Source: Candidatus Omnitrophota bacterium
Lineage (GTDB): Bacteria; Omnitrophota; Gorgyraeia; Zapsychrales; Zapsychraceae
Direction: 5' to 3'
Assembly: GCA_035292445.1 (NCBI GenBank)
Contig: DATDQB010000013.1
Location: 82,132-146,131, forward strand
Length of the DNA: 64,000 nucleotides
The notes under the pieces were generated by a model. That model worked only from the letters and a program-made list of their open reading frames with translations, ran no database searches and had not been told where the DNA came from. A program made the position numbers and the translations under genes. Positions 61,158 through 64,000 of the stretch are shown here, piece by piece. Within the stretch, counting starts at the first letter, position 1, and the number at the start of each line of letters is the position of its first letter.

Positions 61158-61619
61158 TTATGGATAAAACGTAACACGGTGATCTACAAGCCGTTTATTT
61201 TTGTACACAAACTTGGCTGAGAAAAACTTATCGACTTTCAGCCATTGAAGGAAAAACTTATCGCCTTCCCACAAATTCAAATCCAGCAACTTACCGTCCT
61301 CGACCCACTCAAGATGACCCTCGCTCGATTCGATGAGCGTTCCCGCAAATTTATTCACCGTAAACAAAAATACCAGCCAATCCTCGTTATCCTTAAAAGC
61401 CGGGAACATCATCACCCCACGCAGCCTGGGGTTCCTGATCTTAAGCCCCGATTCCTCTTCGACCTCACGAACGACACATTCTTCAGGCGTTTCCCCCGTC
61501 AGCAACTTTCCGCCCAAACCGTTATACTTTCCCTCATGGACATCGTCTTTTTTCTTGACGCGATGAAGCATCAGCGTTTTTTCGTCGCGCTGGATATAGC
61601 AGAGTGTCGATACATGCAT
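61158..61619 (-). CDS. NUDIX hydrolase (MutT-like)
   Basis: Nudix box GLGGKLLTGETPEECVVREVEEESGL. Confidence 0.75.
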   Translation of the reverse strand: MHVSTLCYIQRDEKTLMLHRVKKKDDVHEGKYNGLGGKLLTGETPEECVVREVEEESGLKIRNPRLRGVMMFPAFKDNEDWLVFLFTVNKFAGTLIESSEGHLEWVEDGKLLDLNLWEGDKFFLQWLKVDKFFSAKFVYKNKRLVDHRVTFYP

Positions 61620-61621
61620 GA

Positions 61622-62797
61622 CTACGAGCGTGCTCGCTTGAGGACAGCGGCAATCGCTTCCTTCGTAAAATAAGGGGCTTGTCTTTTAACCCTGATCATG
61701 TCGTTGATGATAAAGAGCAGCTTGCCCGCGGCATTCTCCAAGCCGGGGATAAAATGTTTCTTTAAGGTGCTTTGTGCAACAGAGGCGTTTTCTTCTTCAA
61801 CCAAAAATGAACGCCCGAATCCAACTTCTTTGAAACCATCCATATCGTTCCCGTTTGGGTGCCCGTCATTTCCGATATAAATCATATCCAGCTGCCGCTT
61901 TTTGTTCGCCGCGCGAGCCAACCGTAACGCATTCAACCGATAATCTTCGATCTCAATTAATTGGCCGTTTTTTCCGAAGACCGCCATGCTTGCCCCGCCG
62001 TTACCGACCAAAATAAAACGATTTTTCAACAGATCTTCAATGCCTTCTTTAACCCTCACGACCGTGCGCTCAAGATTATTGCCCGAGATGAGCATAAACA
62101 CGCCACCCATCCGTAAATATTTATTAAGAGGCTCTTTCGTTGGGCTTTCCTGAAGGGTCGGCATGGTTGTCAATGTCGGGCCGCCATACATCGTGCTGTC
62201 GCCATCCGCCGCAATGATCGTCTTCGATCGAGCCGCATCTATTAAACTACCAGACGTATACCCCATCACTTTCAGCACATGGGCCAGATTCTTCTCAAGA
62301 TATTTGAACGGAAGCGCTTTGTTCACGCCGGCCACATTAAATTCTATGCTGGATCTTCCGGCAAACTTGATGGTAAGCTCGCTTTTCCTGAACCCTTTTT
62401 TAGCCCTTAACCGTTTCAAAGCAGCCATGCGGAAATCTCCCTCAATACCTTTAGAAACTACCTGAGCAGCCCCACCAATTGCTGGAGTACGCCTTATTTC
62501 AATGCGCACAAAATTTTTGATGGCCTCCTCTACACCCTCTCCCATTTCAACCATCCGCTGATCGCTAAAAAAGGAAGGATTCTGCCGAAAATTTTCGGCG
62601 CATTGGCGCATATCGGCGCTTAAATGAGCTAAAACGGCTTTGACGTTTTTCAAAGAACTGTACGGAGATTTCTTCTTGGGGTACCCTAAAAAATCCAAAA
62701 ATAAGCGAATTTCCTCACCAGATGCTTGAATAATCCGTTCAACAGCTTCATCGCTCAAGTAAGTGGAATGGGTTCCCATCTCAGTGCCTCGTTTCAA
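61622..62797 (-). CDS. Hypothetical protein (391 aa), possibly a HAD-like phosphatase fold; function unknown
   Basis: Long intact ORF. IIAADGDSTMYGG and IYIGNDGHPNGNDMDGF weakly resemble HAD motifs I and III. No confident family call. Confidence 0.4.
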   Translation of the reverse strand: MKRGTEMGTHSTYLSDEAVERIIQASGEEIRLFLDFLGYPKKKSPYSSLKNVKAVLAHLSADMRQCAENFRQNPSFFSDQRMVEMGEGVEEAIKNFVRIEIRRTPAIGGAAQVVSKGIEGDFRMAALKRLRAKKGFRKSELTIKFAGRSSIEFNVAGVNKALPFKYLEKNLAHVLKVMGYTSGSLIDAARSKTIIAADGDSTMYGGPTLTTMPTLQESPTKEPLNKYLRMGGVFMLISGNNLERTVVRVKEGIEDLLKNRFILVGNGGASMAVFGKNGQLIEIEDYRLNALRLARAANKKRQLDMIYIGNDGHPNGNDMDGFKEVGFGRSFLVEEENASVAQSTLKKHFIPGLENAAGKLLFIINDMIRVKRQAPYFTKEAIAAVLKRARS

Positions 62798-63055
62798 AAA
62801 TTCATAGAATCTGTCTTTAGAAATAGAGAAGGTTTAAGCGAGAAACTCGGCACTGTTATACCGAGTCCCATTCTTAAAAAAATTTTGGAACGAGGTATCA
62901 GTAAGTACAAAATAGTATCAGTTTCGTTTGGGGTTGTCAATACAATTCACGGGGCGGGCCGAATAGAACAAATCTACTTGAAAACAAAGAGGTTATATCA
63001 ATTTTATAAAATAGACCCTCATCAATTTAAGGGCCTATAAGTAATAATAATTAGA

Positions 63056-63604
63056 TTATTGTAGCGGTATCTCTAAAGAAAGGTCGGCTTTGGCATGGCT
63101 TTCGATTTCCACTTTGACGGTTTCGATCGGCCTTTCTTCATATAACTTTTTGATGAGTTTCGCGTATTTTTCGTTGGGCAACGCTTCTAAAGGACGTCCG
63201 TAACCGGCCTTGACAACGGTCGTATTAAGAAGCACAAAGAAGTCCCCTTCGCCTTCTGAATCAACAACATAATGGACGTCAAAATCATTTGGGAAAATAA
63301 CCTGGTCATTACTGTAACGCGGCTCGAACTTAAACCATACATAGGCAAGGATATTGCCATCGGCATCTGTCTTTTCGACATCATACTCTAAAGCGACCAC
63401 GCTGCCGCTGACCAAAGAGCGTACAAACTCGGCTGCCTCGGCGGCCTTTTCAGGGGGTACGTCAATACCGATCAAACGCACATATTCCCCGTTTAAAGTC
63501 TTTAGCGTCTGCCCATCAACGACCTTTTGGATAAACTGGCCTTCCGCCCAGACAAACGGCGTCAACAAAAAAAATACCCCTATAACCATCAATAATCGCT
63601 TCAT
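63056..63604 (-). CDS. Secreted staphylococcal-nuclease-like (thermonuclease/SNase) protein
   Basis: Signal peptide MKRLLMVIGVFFLLTPFVWA, then VVDGQTLKTLNGEYVRLIGIDVPPE (SNase-like). Confidence 0.55.
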   Translation of the reverse strand: MKRLLMVIGVFFLLTPFVWAEGQFIQKVVDGQTLKTLNGEYVRLIGIDVPPEKAAEAAEFVRSLVSGSVVALEYDVEKTDADGNILAYVWFKFEPRYSNDQVIFPNDFDVHYVVDSEGEGDFFVLLNTTVVKAGYGRPLEALPNEKYAKLIKKLYEERPIETVKVEIESHAKADLSLEIPLQ

Positions 63605-63776
63605 TTTAACCTCTTTTAAGCTCTCTATTTGATACAGAGTAAGTATAAAATAAATACGGGGGTAAAACGGGGATTGGCACCCTCAAAAGGAAAGCGTTTT
63701 CTTCAGATTGGTTACTTAAGGGTGGCTTGCTGAAAGGCTGCCGGAAGGATTGATGTTAAGATGAATGCTTCTATTA

Positions 63777-64000
63777 TTAAATCCATCGTTTGCGCTTAAA
63801 ATAAATGAGCATGGAGGTCCCCATAATCGCCATCAGGCCTAAAATCGAAAAATATCCCCACTCCCACTCCAACTCCGGCATATTCTTAAAATTCATCCCA
63901 TAAATGCCGACGACAAAATTAAGGGGAATAAAGACCGATGTAAAAATGGTAAGAAATTTCATGACCTCGTTCATATGATGGCTGAGGCTCGATAAATAAA
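63777..64000 (-). CDS. corA: Magnesium/cobalt transporter CorA, C-terminal part (the gene continues past the window end)
   Basis: FIPLNFVVGIYGMNFKNMPELEW contains the CorA GMN motif with its two C-terminal TM helices. The reading frame stays open to nt 64000 (…YLSSLSHHMNEVMKF). Confidence 0.8.
   Translation of the reverse strand, partial: YLSSLSHHMNEVMKFLTIFTSVFIPLNFVVGIYGMNFKNMPELEWEWGYFSILGLMAIMGTSMLIYFKRKRWI

Noticed and set aside
62726-63040. 104-aa plus-strand ORF between the hypothetical-protein gene and the nuclease gene
   Set aside because: It overlaps the 5' end of the minus-strand 61622..62797 gene in antisense and has no recognisable motifs or RBS. It may be a real small gene, but it is unsupported.

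Overview
The 64 kb window is bacterial and looks Gram-negative: it carries an Lgt, a secretin, AsmA-family proteins and an AmiC-like amidase. It splits into two very different halves.

**Positions 1 to ~31.3 kb.** Four tandem, same-strand (minus) giant paralogous genes fill this half:
- A: nt 4793 to 1, runs off the window, more than 1597 aa.
- B: 5097..12530, 2477 aa.
- C: 14589..27587, 4332 aa.
- D: 27900..31268, 1122 aa.

All four start with a Sec-type signal peptide and a conserved ~330-aa N-terminal module of unknown function. B, C and D end with a conserved ~55-aa C-terminal module that begins GGIDLN.

Between those two caps sit modules that, read by eye, match soluble central-carbon enzymes and signalling domains:
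- A: pyruvate,phosphate dikinase.
- B: UDP-sugar pyrophosphorylase, phosphohexomutase and two CheY-like receiver domains.
- C: malate synthase, isocitrate lyase, class I fructose-bisphosphate aldolase and a possible GlpX-like FBPase.

The modules are separated by a recurring short punctuation motif, D-x-A-M (about 27 copies). Together this reads like a glyoxylate-shunt to gluconeogenesis to UDP-hexose route written into secreted megaproteins. I do not recognise it as a described system, and it is the main finding.

The array is interrupted or flanked by several elements:
- tRNA-Arg(TCT), followed by a degenerate tRNA-like copy.
- tRNA-His(GTG), followed by an AT-rich palindrome and a bidirectional terminator.
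- tRNA-Pro(TGG).
- Two AsmA-family membrane protein genes.

**Positions ~34.6 to 64 kb.** This half is mostly ordinary minus-strand housekeeping, including:
- Nucleotide and RNA processing: rdgB, rph, dcd, a DnaQ-like exonuclease, a Nudix hydrolase.
- Queuosine precursor synthesis: queF-queE-queC-queD.
- Cell envelope and secretion: murI, an amidase, a secretin, a CPBP protease, lgt, yidD.
- Translation and RNA methylation: an RsmB-like methyltransferase, cysS.
- Biosynthesis and cofactors: hemB, a RibD-type deaminase, metE, hisI, moaB, folE2.
- Transport: corA.

It also has an accessory patch at 44 to 50.4 kb:
- A 415-aa protein with an Flp-type prepilin leader fused to a Cys-rich repeat domain.
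- Three tandem small secreted paralogs.
- A frameshifted HTTM-domain gene.
- A myo-inositol-1-phosphate synthase gene paired with a CDP-alcohol phosphatidyltransferase gene (inositol lipid or solute synthesis).

No CRISPR array, transposase, integrase or rRNA was seen. Every call rests on motif recognition by eye and the supplied ORF track; no searches were run.
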